Positions 1 through 9,917 of a stretch of 64,000 nucleotides of DNA are shown here, one piece after another. Position 1 is the stretch's first letter. The number at the start of each line of letters is the position of its first letter. The stretch comes from Prevotella sp. (GTDB lineage Bacteria; Bacteroidota; Bacteroidia; Bacteroidales; Dysgonomonadaceae), in NCBI GenBank assembly GCA_031285625.1, contig JAITVV010000081.1:121700-185699 (forward strand), given 5' to 3'. The notes beneath the pieces are model-generated. The model did not search any database. It was not told the DNA's origin and worked only from the letters and a program-made list of their open reading frames with translations. Both the position numbers and the translations under genes were made by a program.

Positions 1-6
1 ACGGGA

Positions 7-1476
7 ATGTATGGATACGGGTATCTCATTAAGCCATTTTATTCCGATTTTATCCTGATTCCTTATGCTGCATTAGGTAATGTAACGAGCAAGGAGTTTG
101 CATATATATTCCTTCTGTTTTCGATGACTATTCTGTGTGGAATATTTATGTATATTACGGTCAACAAAGTCTATAAGAGTTCTTATGCAGCAGCAATAAG
201 CGCATTATTATATACTTTTGCCCTATACCGGTTACTGGATGTTTACCACCGGGCTGCACTTGGCGAAGCTTTATCTTTCACATTTTTACCTATCGTTTTT
301 CTTGGCTTACACTACATAATCAAAGGCGATTACAGGAAATGGTATATTATAACAATCGGGTTTTCTCTAATGATCCTGACCCATGTTCTTTCCTCTGTGT
401 TACTTTTTATTACTGTTATTATCATACTACCTATTTCATATAAAGATTTACTGAAAGAACCTAAACGGATTTATTATCTAATATTAGCAGGTTTTGTAAC
501 ATTCATTATTGCAGGTTATTATATATTTCCATTTTTGGAGCAGATACTCTCAAATACGTTTTATTTCCAGAAATTCAAGACATCTCCATATACTTTTAGC
601 CTGAGTAGGCTAGGAATACCGGAAATATTAAGGGATATGGCAGATGGATTCGCTCTTATAAAAGGAGGATCCAAAACAGGATTATTACTTATATTACCTG
701 TATTATTGCGTTTCTTCATTAAAAAAAGTGATAAGACAAAGTACCTGAAAAGTGTTGATATCGGTGTCATTATCGGACTACTCTATATACTGATGACATC
801 AACATTGATACCATGGGATAGAATACCTTTGGCGTACATGAGCTTTATTCAGTTTACATGGCGATTATATGAGTTTGTGTGTTATTTCTTTGCTGTGGCA
901 GGAGGATATTACCTTTACTTACTATGTAAAAGCAACAAAAGTAAAATTATAGCCTTTTCGTCCCTCGTAATATTAACATCTCTTGTAATCATAATCGATG
1001 CTAAGAATTACAAGGAAATGAAGCTACCAGCCCGCTCAGATAAAAATCTGAATGAAGAGAATCATTATGTAAAAGCGGGAATGGAATATGTTCCTGCCCG
1101 AACACCACTTCCAGATCCGTTTGTATTGGAACGGAAAGATAGTGTACTCTACCAACAAAATGAAACTGTTATTTCTGATTTTAAGAGAAATAAAAATATA
1201 GTGGAATTTACAGTCACTACTCATCAGCCAGATAGCCTGGAACTACCTCTGATCTATTATAAAGGATATTCTGCAATCCTCGATGGAAAAGACATACCAG
1301 TGACACAAAGTAGCCATGGGCTTGTGCAGGTACCTGCTGGCCAATCGGGTAGGGTAGAGGCCTGCTATAAAGGAACTTTAATACAAAAGCTCAGTTTTTG
1401 TACAACTATTCTAAGTATATTTGCGTTATGTGGATATATATTCGTTCAAAACAGAAAGAGAAAACATCTTAAATAA
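7..1476 (+). CDS. Polytopic membrane protein, YfhO / 6-pyruvoyl-tetrahydropterin-synthase-related (GT-C-like glycosyltransferase); probably 5'-truncated by the window edge
   Basis: Many TM helices; motifs 'RAALGE', 'QFTWR', 'EYVP'; C-terminal 'LPLIYYKGY' typical of YfhO-like proteins. Confidence 0.6.
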   Translation: MYGYGYLIKPFYSDFILIPYAALGNVTSKEFAYIFLLFSMTILCGIFMYITVNKVYKSSYAAAISALLYTFALYRLLDVYHRAALGEALSFTFLPIVFLGLHYIIKGDYRKWYIITIGFSLMILTHVLSSVLLFITVIIILPISYKDLLKEPKRIYYLILAGFVTFIIAGYYIFPFLEQILSNTFYFQKFKTSPYTFSLSRLGIPEILRDMADGFALIKGGSKTGLLLILPVLLRFFIKKSDKTKYLKSVDIGVIIGLLYILMTSTLIPWDRIPLAYMSFIQFTWRLYEFVCYFFAVAGGYYLYLLCKSNKSKIIAFSSLVILTSLVIIIDAKNYKEMKLPARSDKNLNEENHYVKAGMEYVPARTPLPDPFVLERKDSVLYQQNETVISDFKRNKNIVEFTVTTHQPDSLELPLIYYKGYSAILDGKDIPVTQSSHGLVQVPAGQSGRVEACYKGTLIQKLSFCTTILSIFALCGYIFVQNRKRKHLK

Positions 1477-1482
1477 TTTAAT

Positions 1483-1698
1483 ATGCGCCATTTCACCAAT
1501 ATTGACTTTTTATACCCCGTTTTTATGCTGATTTTCGGTATTGTGATGATAATCAGTCCCCGTTCTTTGATGCGAAAGGCAAAATACGATGAAGAAAGCC
1601 TGAAAACAGAATCGTGGGTAAAAAAACTCGGAATAGCCCTATGTGTATTTGCTGTAGGTTTTGCAATCTATATCTATTACAAGCTGAATAATGCTTGA
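1483..1698 (+). CDS. Small two-TM membrane protein
   Basis: 71 aa, two hydrophobic segments, operonic spacing (6 nt after the upstream stop, overlaps the next gene). Confidence 0.6.
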   Translation: MRHFTNIDFLYPVFMLIFGIVMIISPRSLMRKAKYDEESLKTESWVKKLGIALCVFAVGFAIYIYYKLNNA

Positions 1699-2134
1699 CG
1701 GATTTGTAGAATATGGCTATATAGGCCTGTTTCTGGCATCTTTTCTTGCGGCTACTATATTACCTTTGGGATCTGAGGTTGTTTTTGCAGGCTTACTTGC
1801 AGCAGGCTTAAACGGATGGACATGTGTTCTCGTTGCTTCAGTCGGGAATTGGCTTGGAGGAATGACTAACTATTATCTGGGCAGGCTCGGCAAGGTAGAA
1901 TGGATAGAAAAGTACCTGAAAGTAAAGAAAGAAAAAATAGATAAAATGCAACATTGGCTGGAAGGAAAAGGGGCTGCGATGGCCTTTTTCAGTTTTCTGC
2001 CTGTTGTAGGCGATATTATTGCACTGGCATTAGGGTATATGCGTGCTAATGTATACATTGTAAATGTTGCCATGTTTACCGGTAAATGTATCCGGTATGT
2101 ATTGATAATGTATGGGGTTAACTGGATAATTTAG
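1691..2134 (+). CDS. YqaA/DedA (VTT-domain) membrane protein
   Basis: 'FLAATILPLGSE', 'GNWLGGMTNY', 'LPVVGD' signature motifs. Confidence 0.85.
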   Translation: MLDGFVEYGYIGLFLASFLAATILPLGSEVVFAGLLAAGLNGWTCVLVASVGNWLGGMTNYYLGRLGKVEWIEKYLKVKKEKIDKMQHWLEGKGAAMAFFSFLPVVGDIIALALGYMRANVYIVNVAMFTGKCIRYVLIMYGVNWII

Positions 2135-2157
2135 TTCAGAATCAAGTTATAAAATAA

Positions 2158-2188
2158 AGAAGAGTATCTTTTTTAAGATACTCTTTTT
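2158..2188. terminator. Bidirectional intrinsic terminator
   Basis: AAGAGTATCTT-tttt-AAGATACTCTT hairpin with A/T tails between convergent genes. Confidence 0.8.
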
Positions 2189-2212
2189 CAATATATTATA
2201 TTCAATACAGAG

Positions 2213-2863
2213 TTAATCTAAAAGTTGCTTCAGCCCCTCTAAATTCGTAAAATCCGAAATTACACCATATGTATAATCTTTCAGAAAATCAGCAGGGAGC
2301 GTAGTGGATATGCCAATCACACGCATAAAAGCATAAGTAGCAGCTTTAATACCTGTAAACGCATCTTCAAATACAGCACACTCTGCGGATTGGACTCCAA
2401 GATTTGTTTTGGCAAGTACGTAGCCCATAGGATCGGGTTTACCTTTCTTTATACTATCTGATGTGATAACCGTATCGAATGTATCTGTTAATGACAATTG
2501 ATCCAATACAACCTTTACTTTGCTTGTAGGAGAACTGGTTACCAAACCTATTTTATAACCTTCATCTTTAAGATATTTGATGTACTCAAGAACTCCCGGA
2601 ATAACTATTTTCTTATAATCAATAGCCTGTTCCATTTTAGAACATGCATCCCTTATAGCTTGCTTTTCCTCAAGTGTGGAAATAGTAAAATAAAGTTCTA
2701 TTATAGAATTCAATGTCATTCCTTTAATAACAGATGAAAAATTATTCATTTTCAACTCATTATCCTGTGCTATCTTACTCCAGAATCTGTCATAGTCATG
2801 TTCTGTATCTACAACAACTCCATCTAAACCAAATAATACGGTTGTAATTTTACTTTTTGCCAT
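2213..2863 (-). CDS. HAD-IA family phosphatase (beta-PGM/CbbY-like) with an atypical motif I
   Basis: Motif II 'VTSS', motif III 'KPDP', motif IV 'FED'; motif I reads FGLDG instead of FDxDG. Confidence 0.8.
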   Translation of the reverse strand: MAKSKITTVLFGLDGVVVDTEHDYDRFWSKIAQDNELKMNNFSSVIKGMTLNSIIELYFTISTLEEKQAIRDACSKMEQAIDYKKIVIPGVLEYIKYLKDEGYKIGLVTSSPTSKVKVVLDQLSLTDTFDTVITSDSIKKGKPDPMGYVLAKTNLGVQSAECAVFEDAFTGIKAATYAFMRVIGISTTLPADFLKDYTYGVISDFTNLEGLKQLLD

Positions 2864-2971
2864 TTTTTTGCTGTTATCTATTAGCTAATAATAAAGAAAC
2901 AAAGTAAGATATTTTTATTGGTATTCAGCCAGTATAAACCTTAAATTTTAGTATTTCCTGTATATAAAAAA

Positions 2972-2998
2972 CGGGAGACATTCTATAAATGCTCCCGC
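2972..2998 (-). terminator. Intrinsic terminator after the M48 peptidase
   Basis: CGGGAG...CTCCCG hairpin, with an A-run on + that gives a U-tail on -. Confidence 0.6.
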
Positions 2999-3024
2999 TC
3001 TATGCTTCATAAAAAGAATTGTAA

Positions 3025-3819
3025 TTATTTATATTCTTTTTTGTATTTAGCTTCTAGTTTGTCAGCTCTTTTTCCGCTTTCAGGGTGTGTAGAGAACAAT
3101 TGTTTTGCTTTGCTTTTATCAACGCCTGCATCATCCGATAGTTTTTGAATAACACGTAGAGCCGTTACCATTCCCATAGGATCTTTTCCGCTTTTCTTCA
3201 AGAATTCATATCCATAATCATCGGCTGCATATTCAGCTTTTTGAGAGAATTGTGCGCTTGCCAATGCTTCGCCAAGTTCACCTAATTGAGAATCTGTAAG
3301 TGTAGCAGCTGCATCACTTGTAGAAGCTACAGCATCTTTAAGAGCTGAAGTCAATAGCGCTTTCTTAAATGCATCTTTAGAATCTTTGTTAACTATATGT
3401 CCTACTTCGTGCCCTACGATACCAAGTATTTCATCATCTGTCAACAGTTCCATAAGGCCCGCAAAAACACGGATACTTCCATTTGCACATGCAAAAGCAT
3501 TCTGATCGATTACATAATAAGCCTGGATATCAAGCTTTACATCAGATGGCATAGTCGATTTAATCTTTTCAAGACGATCTGCTACAGCTTTCATTCCCGG
3601 ATCTGTATCTGTTGTTTTGCATACAGGATTATGAGCATCCATCCAATCGATATACTCCTGACAATAAGCAGCAATCTGATCATCGGTAAGAGTTAATGCT
3701 TTAGCAGTTTTAGTAGCAGCGTCAAGGTGTTTTTTATTGATCTTTAGTCCTCCAAGTTGTGCATTTGCCGTGAAAGAGCAAACTAAAATTAAGGTCAACG
3801 CAGTTAGTAGTTTCTTCAT
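3025..3819 (-). CDS. M48 family metallopeptidase (LoiP/YggG-like), secreted
   Basis: Signal peptide; 'NAFA', HEVGH zinc motif, 'EYAAD', 'STHP'. Confidence 0.9.
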   Translation of the reverse strand: MKKLLTALTLILVCSFTANAQLGGLKINKKHLDAATKTAKALTLTDDQIAAYCQEYIDWMDAHNPVCKTTDTDPGMKAVADRLEKIKSTMPSDVKLDIQAYYVIDQNAFACANGSIRVFAGLMELLTDDEILGIVGHEVGHIVNKDSKDAFKKALLTSALKDAVASTSDAAATLTDSQLGELGEALASAQFSQKAEYAADDYGYEFLKKSGKDPMGMVTALRVIQKLSDDAGVDKSKAKQLFSTHPESGKRADKLEAKYKKEYK

Positions 3820-3849
3820 AAAAATTGATGTTTGGTTAGTATTCTAATA

Positions 3850-4278
3850 TTAACTTTTCTCGAGATGTAATATCGGGTAGCCTTTTCCTTCTCCATCATA
3901 TTCATCACGACTTACTTCTTTGAAGCCAAAATGATAATAGAAATTCAAAGCTTGTGTATTTTGTTCATTCACATCTACCTTTCGTGCATTTAGCTTATTC
4001 ACAGCATAGTCAAGCAATACTTTCCCTATTCCTGTACCCCTGCTTTCATTATCCACAAAAAGCATTTCAATATTATCATCACTAGTACCCAAAAAGGCTT
4101 TTATAACTCCTTTGTCATTCTTATAAACATATAACGAAACATGCTCAAAATAAATAGGTATATGTGATTTATAAAATTCAAAATCTTCGTCTGATAAGAA
4201 ATCATGAGTAGCCTTTACCGCACTCTCCCAGATATCTATCAATACAGGGTAATCTTTTTTGCCAGCTGAACTAATCAT
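3850..4278 (-). CDS. GNAT acetyltransferase (YjaB-like)
   Basis: 'WESAVKATHDFL', 'RGTGIGK' acetyl-CoA loop, 'VNEQN'. Confidence 0.9.
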   Translation of the reverse strand: MISSAGKKDYPVLIDIWESAVKATHDFLSDEDFEFYKSHIPIYFEHVSLYVYKNDKGVIKAFLGTSDDNIEMLFVDNESRGTGIGKVLLDYAVNKLNARKVDVNEQNTQALNFYYHFGFKEVSRDEYDGEGKGYPILHLEKS

Positions 4279-4306
4279 TTTGTGTAACTTTTTATATTTT
4301 TAAACT

Positions 4307-5119
4307 TCAGTCAATATCAAGTATATTTCCGTTCTCAAAGGTATTAAAAGATATAATTCTGGAAAAATCTGATACAATTAATTCTTCATCAGAAGACATT
4401 ATATATTTTACAGGTACTTCTCCATAAAATGAAGCCCATTGTGAATAGGAGCTTGGAGGGCCTATAATATATTCACATCTTGATAAGGCATACAGATCTT
4501 TAGCACCTGATGAATCAGGAATTACAAAACAGTCCAAACCTTTAAAATTTTCCGGATTTATTTTCTCATTAGAACATATAAGAAACTTTACTCCGGTTCC
4601 TAATTGCTTTTGCAGAGCATACATTTGATACCGATACTCTTCATCAGTATAATAATATATGCCATCCAACCATTCCTTATAATCTCCTCTACGGATATGA
4701 ACGCCTATAATTATATTATCTTTTTCTGATGAGAATATCTTATCTACCGGACCGGTTATATCAGACTTAAAAGAAAATATACGGCGTAACTCTTCAGCCT
4801 GGTCAACTACCATTTCAGCATTTCCCAAGCGATTTGACCAACCTTCAATAAGATTAAGGTGAAAGAGCTTAGAAAAAATATTTGGCCGTCCATTCTGTAT
4901 ATATCCACGGGATTTTATAGAAAGAAAGAATCGCTTAAGATGCTTTTTTGAAGAAAATCTTATAAGTTTATTCTTGTTCAGATTATCAAATACATCCGAA
5001 TATTCAGTAAAATTTATGACTAAAACCTTTTCTTCATATTGAAGACCATATGCTATAGAAGGTAATAAAGACCATATTCTATTACATAATTGTCCTGGCG
5101 AGTCATAATTTATTATCAT
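4307..5119 (-). CDS. Alpha-1,2-fucosyltransferase (GT11 family)
   Basis: 'GQLCN' N-terminal motif, 'HIRRGDY' GDP-fucose motif, 'SSYSQWAS'. Confidence 0.8.
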   Translation of the reverse strand: MIINYDSPGQLCNRIWSLLPSIAYGLQYEEKVLVINFTEYSDVFDNLNKNKLIRFSSKKHLKRFFLSIKSRGYIQNGRPNIFSKLFHLNLIEGWSNRLGNAEMVVDQAEELRRIFSFKSDITGPVDKIFSSEKDNIIIGVHIRRGDYKEWLDGIYYYTDEEYRYQMYALQKQLGTGVKFLICSNEKINPENFKGLDCFVIPDSSGAKDLYALSRCEYIIGPPSSYSQWASFYGEVPVKYIMSSDEELIVSDFSRIISFNTFENGNILDID

Positions 5120-5171
5120 ATTAAATAGTGGAAGATGATATGCAAATGTAGATAATTTATAACAGAATCAA

Positions 5172-6275
5172 TTATACATTAAATCTAAAATGCATGATAT
5201 CTCCATCCTGTACTATGTATTCTTTGCCTTCTACATTCATTTTTCCGGCTTCTTTTACAGCTGCCTCTGAACCCAGAGAGATAAAATCATTGTACTTAAT
5301 TACTTCTGCACGAATAAATCCTTTCTCAAAATCGGTATGTATCACACCTGCACATTGAGGAGCTTTCCATCCGGCATTGAATGTCCATGCACGTACTTCT
5401 TGAACACCTGCAGTAAAATAAGTTTGTAAACCTAGAAGCTTATATGCAGATTTGATCAAGCGAGCAACACCCGATTCAGTAAGTCCCAACTCTTCAAGAA
5501 ACATCTGGCGTTCTTCATATGACTCAAATTCTGCAATTTCAGATTCTATTTTAGCAGCTACCACTAAAATTTCAGCATCTTCATCTTTTACAGATTCACG
5601 AACCTGCTCTACATATTTATTACCGGATACAGCACTAGCCTCATCCACATTACATACATAAAGCACAGGTTTATATGTTAATAAGTAAACTTCTTTTGCA
5701 ATTTTTTCATCCTCTTTATTGTCAAATTTAACAGTTCTGGCTGATTTGCCCTGTTCAAGTGCTTCTCTAAACTGTACTAATACATCATAAGCACGCTTTG
5801 CATCTTTATCACCACCTGTTTTTGCTTGTTTTTCAACCTTTTGAATACGTGATTGTATTGTTTCCAGATCTTTCAATTGAAGCTCTATATCTATAATTTC
5901 TTTATCACGTACCGGATTAACACTACCATCAACATGGGTAATATTATCGTCATCAAAACATCTTAACACATGAAGAATAGCATCTGTTTCACGAATATTA
6001 GCAAGGAATTTATTTCCTAAGCCTTCACCCTTACTGGCACCTTTAACAAGGCCTGCAATATCTACTATTTCAACTGTAGTAGGTACAATACGATTCGGTT
6101 TAACTAATTCTGCAAGTTTATTTAACCTTTCGTCAGGAACAGTTATTACTCCAACATTAGGTTCTATAGTACAAAAAGGAAAGTTCGCCGATTGTGCCTT
6201 AGCGTTTGATAAACAGTTAAAAAGAGTAGACTTTCCTACATTTGGAAGTCCCACAATACCACATTGTAATGCCAT
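5172..6275 (-). CDS. ychF: Redox-regulated ATPase YchF
   Basis: 'GIVGLPNVGKST', 'NFPFCTIEPN', 'DIAGLVKGAS', C-terminal 'VQDGD..FRFNV'. Confidence 0.98.
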   Translation of the reverse strand: MALQCGIVGLPNVGKSTLFNCLSNAKAQSANFPFCTIEPNVGVITVPDERLNKLAELVKPNRIVPTTVEIVDIAGLVKGASKGEGLGNKFLANIRETDAILHVLRCFDDDNITHVDGSVNPVRDKEIIDIELQLKDLETIQSRIQKVEKQAKTGGDKDAKRAYDVLVQFREALEQGKSARTVKFDNKEDEKIAKEVYLLTYKPVLYVCNVDEASAVSGNKYVEQVRESVKDEDAEILVVAAKIESEIAEFESYEERQMFLEELGLTESGVARLIKSAYKLLGLQTYFTAGVQEVRAWTFNAGWKAPQCAGVIHTDFEKGFIRAEVIKYNDFISLGSEAAVKEAGKMNVEGKEYIVQDGDIMHFRFNV

Positions 6276-6330
6276 TATTAAAGATATAATTAAATTATTG
6301 CCAGTTATTATATAACCGATATTTCGGATG

Positions 6331-6338
6331 CAAAGATA
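6331..6338 (-). promoter_or_regulatory. Bacteroidota -7 promoter box for ychF
   Basis: TATCTTTG on the - strand matches the TAnnTTTG consensus, ~55 nt upstream of the start. Confidence 0.65.
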
Positions 6339-6436
6339 ATGATTCTTTTAATAACTTTTTATCCCTCAAAAAATGCTTAATTAAGATTTATATTATTTTT
6401 TTTAACGATTTAGTAGGATATCTAGTAATTAATAAA

Positions 6437-6444
6437 TATATTTG
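6437..6444 (+). promoter_or_regulatory. Bacteroidota -7 promoter box with no long ORF downstream
   Basis: TATATTTG(CA) matches TAnnTTTG. Confidence 0.55.
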
Positions 6445-6449
6445 CAGGC

Positions 6450-7045
6450 ACAGAACGACAAATAGTAGGAAATAAAAAGAAAAGTAAAAGATCAGGTTAT
6501 GCTATCTTTTTTAGAAACAAAACAATACAAAACGCATTTTTCATTTGAAAAATTATCATTCCTGTTTATTTAAGAATTAGTTCTTAAACAGTTCCTTTTT
6601 GCATTGTTTTAAATATAAATTATACGAATCAGTTCTATTTATTATCCTTTACAAAACAAACAGAGTTACAGAACATTAAAATTATATTAAACAGGGGTAC
6701 GCAGAACAATACCCATATTTTTTAAGAAAAAACAATAACACATTTTTCAGAACGTTATAAACTTAAATTTCGAGAGTAATAAATAGGACATTAATACTTC
6801 CTATCAATGAATGGTAATAATCTTTATGTTATAACCGAATAGTTGATAATCTCAAAAAAACAGATATAAAATGAGAATTGTGGCAACTGGATAAATTCCT
6901 ATCAGCCATACTATCTCTAATAAGATATAAGCGTTGCAAGTTGTGATCTTGACTTGTCTTTTGTCAATGAATAGTGGATATTTATAAAAAAAAGATTACA
7001 ACACCCCATAACCTCTTACTTGTGATAAGTAGGGGGTTATATATT
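6450..7045 (+). ncRNA. Candidate structured non-coding RNA or small-ORF transcript
   Basis: Promoter box upstream, several hairpins, four CAGAAC repeats, terminal hairpin 7008-7040, no ORF of 60 aa or more. Confidence 0.35.
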
Positions 7046-7099
7046 TTAAAATAAAAAGGCACCTGTATTGATGCCCCTCGAAATATTAATTAATTAGTT

Positions 7100-7789
7100 T
7101 TATTTTACAACTTCATCTATAACAGACTTCGCAGTTTTTTCCATTACCATATATCCCTCAGCATTAGGATGTACTCCATCAGCACCATAGTTACCTAATA
7201 AAGCTCCGTTTTCATCCTTCAATACTGAAAAATAATCAATATAAGCAAATCCTTTAGCCTTAGCATAAGCTTCTATATTTGCATTCAAAGTAGTTATTTT
7301 ATCAACTACATTCGTTATTTCCTTTCTCCATCCATATTCTATTGCAGGAGTAACAGAAGATAAAATTACCTTGATTCCATTCGCGTCGGCTAATTCGGCC
7401 ATAGACTTTATATTATCGAGTGTAAAATCCGCATTATATTTTCCCGAGTTTTCTGCTATATCATTCGTACCTATATTGATAACTACAGCAACAGGTTTGA
7501 GATTAACCACATCCTGACGAAAACGTGATAATAACTGAGGGCTTGTCTGACCACTGATACCACGTCCGATATAATTATTAGATTTGAAAAAATCAGGATG
7601 TACATTTACCCATCCTTCAGTAATAGAATTACCTATAAATACTATCCTTTTCTCACCTTTTACAGGTGCAGGCAATGCAGCATTAGCTTCTGCATACCTA
7701 TCCAAACCAATCATTTTATTAAATTCCTGAGCTCTTGAAAACAAGCCGAAAAATGAAATAAAGGACATAATCAATACCAATTTTTTCAT
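7100..7789 (-). CDS. SGNH/GDSL hydrolase, secreted
   Basis: 'FIGNSIT', 'GISGQTS', 'GTND', 'DGVHPN' blocks. Confidence 0.92.
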   Translation of the reverse strand: MKKLVLIMSFISFFGLFSRAQEFNKMIGLDRYAEANAALPAPVKGEKRIVFIGNSITEGWVNVHPDFFKSNNYIGRGISGQTSPQLLSRFRQDVVNLKPVAVVINIGTNDIAENSGKYNADFTLDNIKSMAELADANGIKVILSSVTPAIEYGWRKEITNVVDKITTLNANIEAYAKAKGFAYIDYFSVLKDENGALLGNYGADGVHPNAEGYMVMEKTAKSVIDEVVK

Positions 7790-7808
7790 GAGTGTTAATC
7801 TTAATATT

Positions 7809-8330
7809 TTAAAAGTTAAACGAATATCCTACACTATAAAAAATATTATTACCATATGGTGAATAATCATCTTGTACCACATCGTACTGTATCATTGCTA
7901 TCATTCCCATAAAACGGAAACCACCACCTACAAGAACAGTAGGAATAAACTTTTCTTTTTTATCTTTACTTCCTCTGCCATATTCTACAGTTTGCCACAT
8001 ACGGCTACCTTCCGGTTGAATACTTAATACAAGAAAATCAAGAGGATAAATACGACCAAACACATTCACACTTGCATAATGCCGGCTCCATTTATAATCA
8101 TATTCCTTTTCCCTGAAATAATTATAGCCTAAACCTGCACCTGCTGTAAAATACTTTGAAAAATTATATCCTATTTGAGGAGAGATACCAATAGCAGTAT
8201 AATCGCCAAATTGCAGATTTAAATTACCTCCAAAAGTTAACCTGGAAGGATTAAAACCACTATATCCATATTGCGAATATGCAAAACCAGTAGTTAATAT
8301 AAAAGACAAGAATAAAATTAATTTTTTCAT
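7809..8330 (-). CDS. Small outer-membrane beta-barrel protein
   Basis: Signal peptide, amphipathic beta-strands, terminal 'VGYSFNF'. Confidence 0.7.
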   Translation of the reverse strand: MKKLILFLSFILTTGFAYSQYGYSGFNPSRLTFGGNLNLQFGDYTAIGISPQIGYNFSKYFTAGAGLGYNYFREKEYDYKWSRHYASVNVFGRIYPLDFLVLSIQPEGSRMWQTVEYGRGSKDKKEKFIPTVLVGGGFRFMGMIAMIQYDVVQDDYSPYGNNIFYSVGYSFNF

Positions 8331-8331
8331 A

Positions 8332-9081
8332 TTATTCAGTTTTATCAGTTTGTTCTAAAATATCATTAATAGCCTTTTGTATCAAAGGTTCCATTATTAC
8401 CTTATATCCTTCTTCATTCGGATGCAAACCATCCAAAGAATAGGCAGGTATCATTCCAAAGACTTCGTCACGCATAGGTGTATTATAATCTACATAGCAA
8501 AAGTTCTTCATAGTAGCATAAGCCTTTATTTTCTCATTAAGAGCATCTATTTTTTCTGGTACTTCTGTAATTGGTTCCCATCCATGCCCCTTGCAAGGTA
8601 ATACAGAAGTCAAGATCACTTTTATATCATTGGCATCGGCTAATTCGGCCATCGATTTTATATTATCCATGGTAAAAACAGGGTCATATTCTCCGGTTTT
8701 TTCTCCTATATCGTTTATACCTGCATTGATAACTACTATTTTAGGATGCAAATCAATTACATCATGACGAAAACGCAACAGCAATAAAGAACTTGTTTGC
8801 CCTCCTATTCCTCTGCACACATAGTTATTATCTACAAAGAACCTATAACGTACATGCACCCAGTTTTCAGTAATGGAATTACCTATAAATACCACTCTGT
8901 TTTCATCAAACTCAGGTGCTTTCAGTTGGCTGTTAGCCCATGCATAAGCATTTAGCCTGAATATATCTTTGTTTCTCCTGTTCTTATAATACTCATAACC
9001 CACATGAGCAACAAGTACTACATTTAAGAATAGAGAAACAATAAAGACAGTATAAAATAATTTCTTTTTCATAATCAACAA
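8332..9081 (-). CDS. SGNH/GDSL hydrolase, membrane-anchored paralog
   Basis: N-terminal TM; 'FIGNSIT', 'GIGGQTS', 'GIND', 'DGLHPN'. Confidence 0.9.
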   Translation of the reverse strand: MLIMKKKLFYTVFIVSLFLNVVLVAHVGYEYYKNRRNKDIFRLNAYAWANSQLKAPEFDENRVVFIGNSITENWVHVRYRFFVDNNYVCRGIGGQTSSLLLLRFRHDVIDLHPKIVVINAGINDIGEKTGEYDPVFTMDNIKSMAELADANDIKVILTSVLPCKGHGWEPITEVPEKIDALNEKIKAYATMKNFCYVDYNTPMRDEVFGMIPAYSLDGLHPNEEGYKVIMEPLIQKAINDILEQTDKTE

Positions 9082-9917
9082 GCAAAAGAAGCCATAGTAA
9101 TTGATACCAGCTTCACCAAATCATCATCCTCAGCATAAGAGGAAAGAAGCAACAACATTCTGTAATCTTCATACCAATCAGGAGAACTTACAATAAAATC
9201 TGGTTTACCATCGCCATCAAGATCACCAATCCAACATATCTTAGTCATTGTATCATTGAATTTTTTCATTTCTACAATACATTGAGTTTTATTACCAGAA
9301 GTGAGGTAAAGCTTATAATCTTTTACCTCATCATTATATTTATCTTTTTGTATAATTTTACCTTCAGCCGATAACTGATAGGAAATACTATTAAAGTTAA
9401 AATTTTTCTTTTCTCTAACCTTTATTGTAAAATTACCCGGTATAGTATCTATAACCGCACTCCGGTTGTAATGTTTAAGTCCACGAAAAAGAAATAGAGA
9501 ATTTTCTTTAGTATTTAGTGTAGGTTCTATTTCATCAAATCCACACGGATTCTCAAATACGTTTACTTTTTCTATCCAGCATTTTTTCAGATTATAACCA
9601 TTTCCAGTTTTAAATAATCCTACAATAGTATCCATAATGTGAAATAACTCTCTGGAATATTCTGTATCATTATAACTCATATTCTGAAATACTTTTATAC
9701 CTTCATATGAGAAGTTGTTGAAATACTTTTCATAAAAAGCAGTATATTCCTCATCATATTCTCCACTATCAGATGTAACTTGCAAAACAGTATCAACCAT
9801 CGATTGAGCCTCATTGTTATCCTGATCCTTATTTTGTTTTACATTACATGAAACAAATAGAGAACAGATAAGAATAGGGAAAACATATTTAAGAATCAAA
9901 TTGATCTTATTAAACAT
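9075..9917 (-). CDS. Lipoprotein with an FG-GAP-like Ca-binding motif
   Basis: Lipobox 'FVSC'; 'GDLDGDGKPDF'. Confidence 0.65.
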   Translation of the reverse strand: MFNKINLILKYVFPILICSLFVSCNVKQNKDQDNNEAQSMVDTVLQVTSDSGEYDEEYTAFYEKYFNNFSYEGIKVFQNMSYNDTEYSRELFHIMDTIVGLFKTGNGYNLKKCWIEKVNVFENPCGFDEIEPTLNTKENSLFLFRGLKHYNRSAVIDTIPGNFTIKVREKKNFNFNSISYQLSAEGKIIQKDKYNDEVKDYKLYLTSGNKTQCIVEMKKFNDTMTKICWIGDLDGDGKPDFIVSSPDWYEDYRMLLLLSSYAEDDDLVKLVSITMASFAC

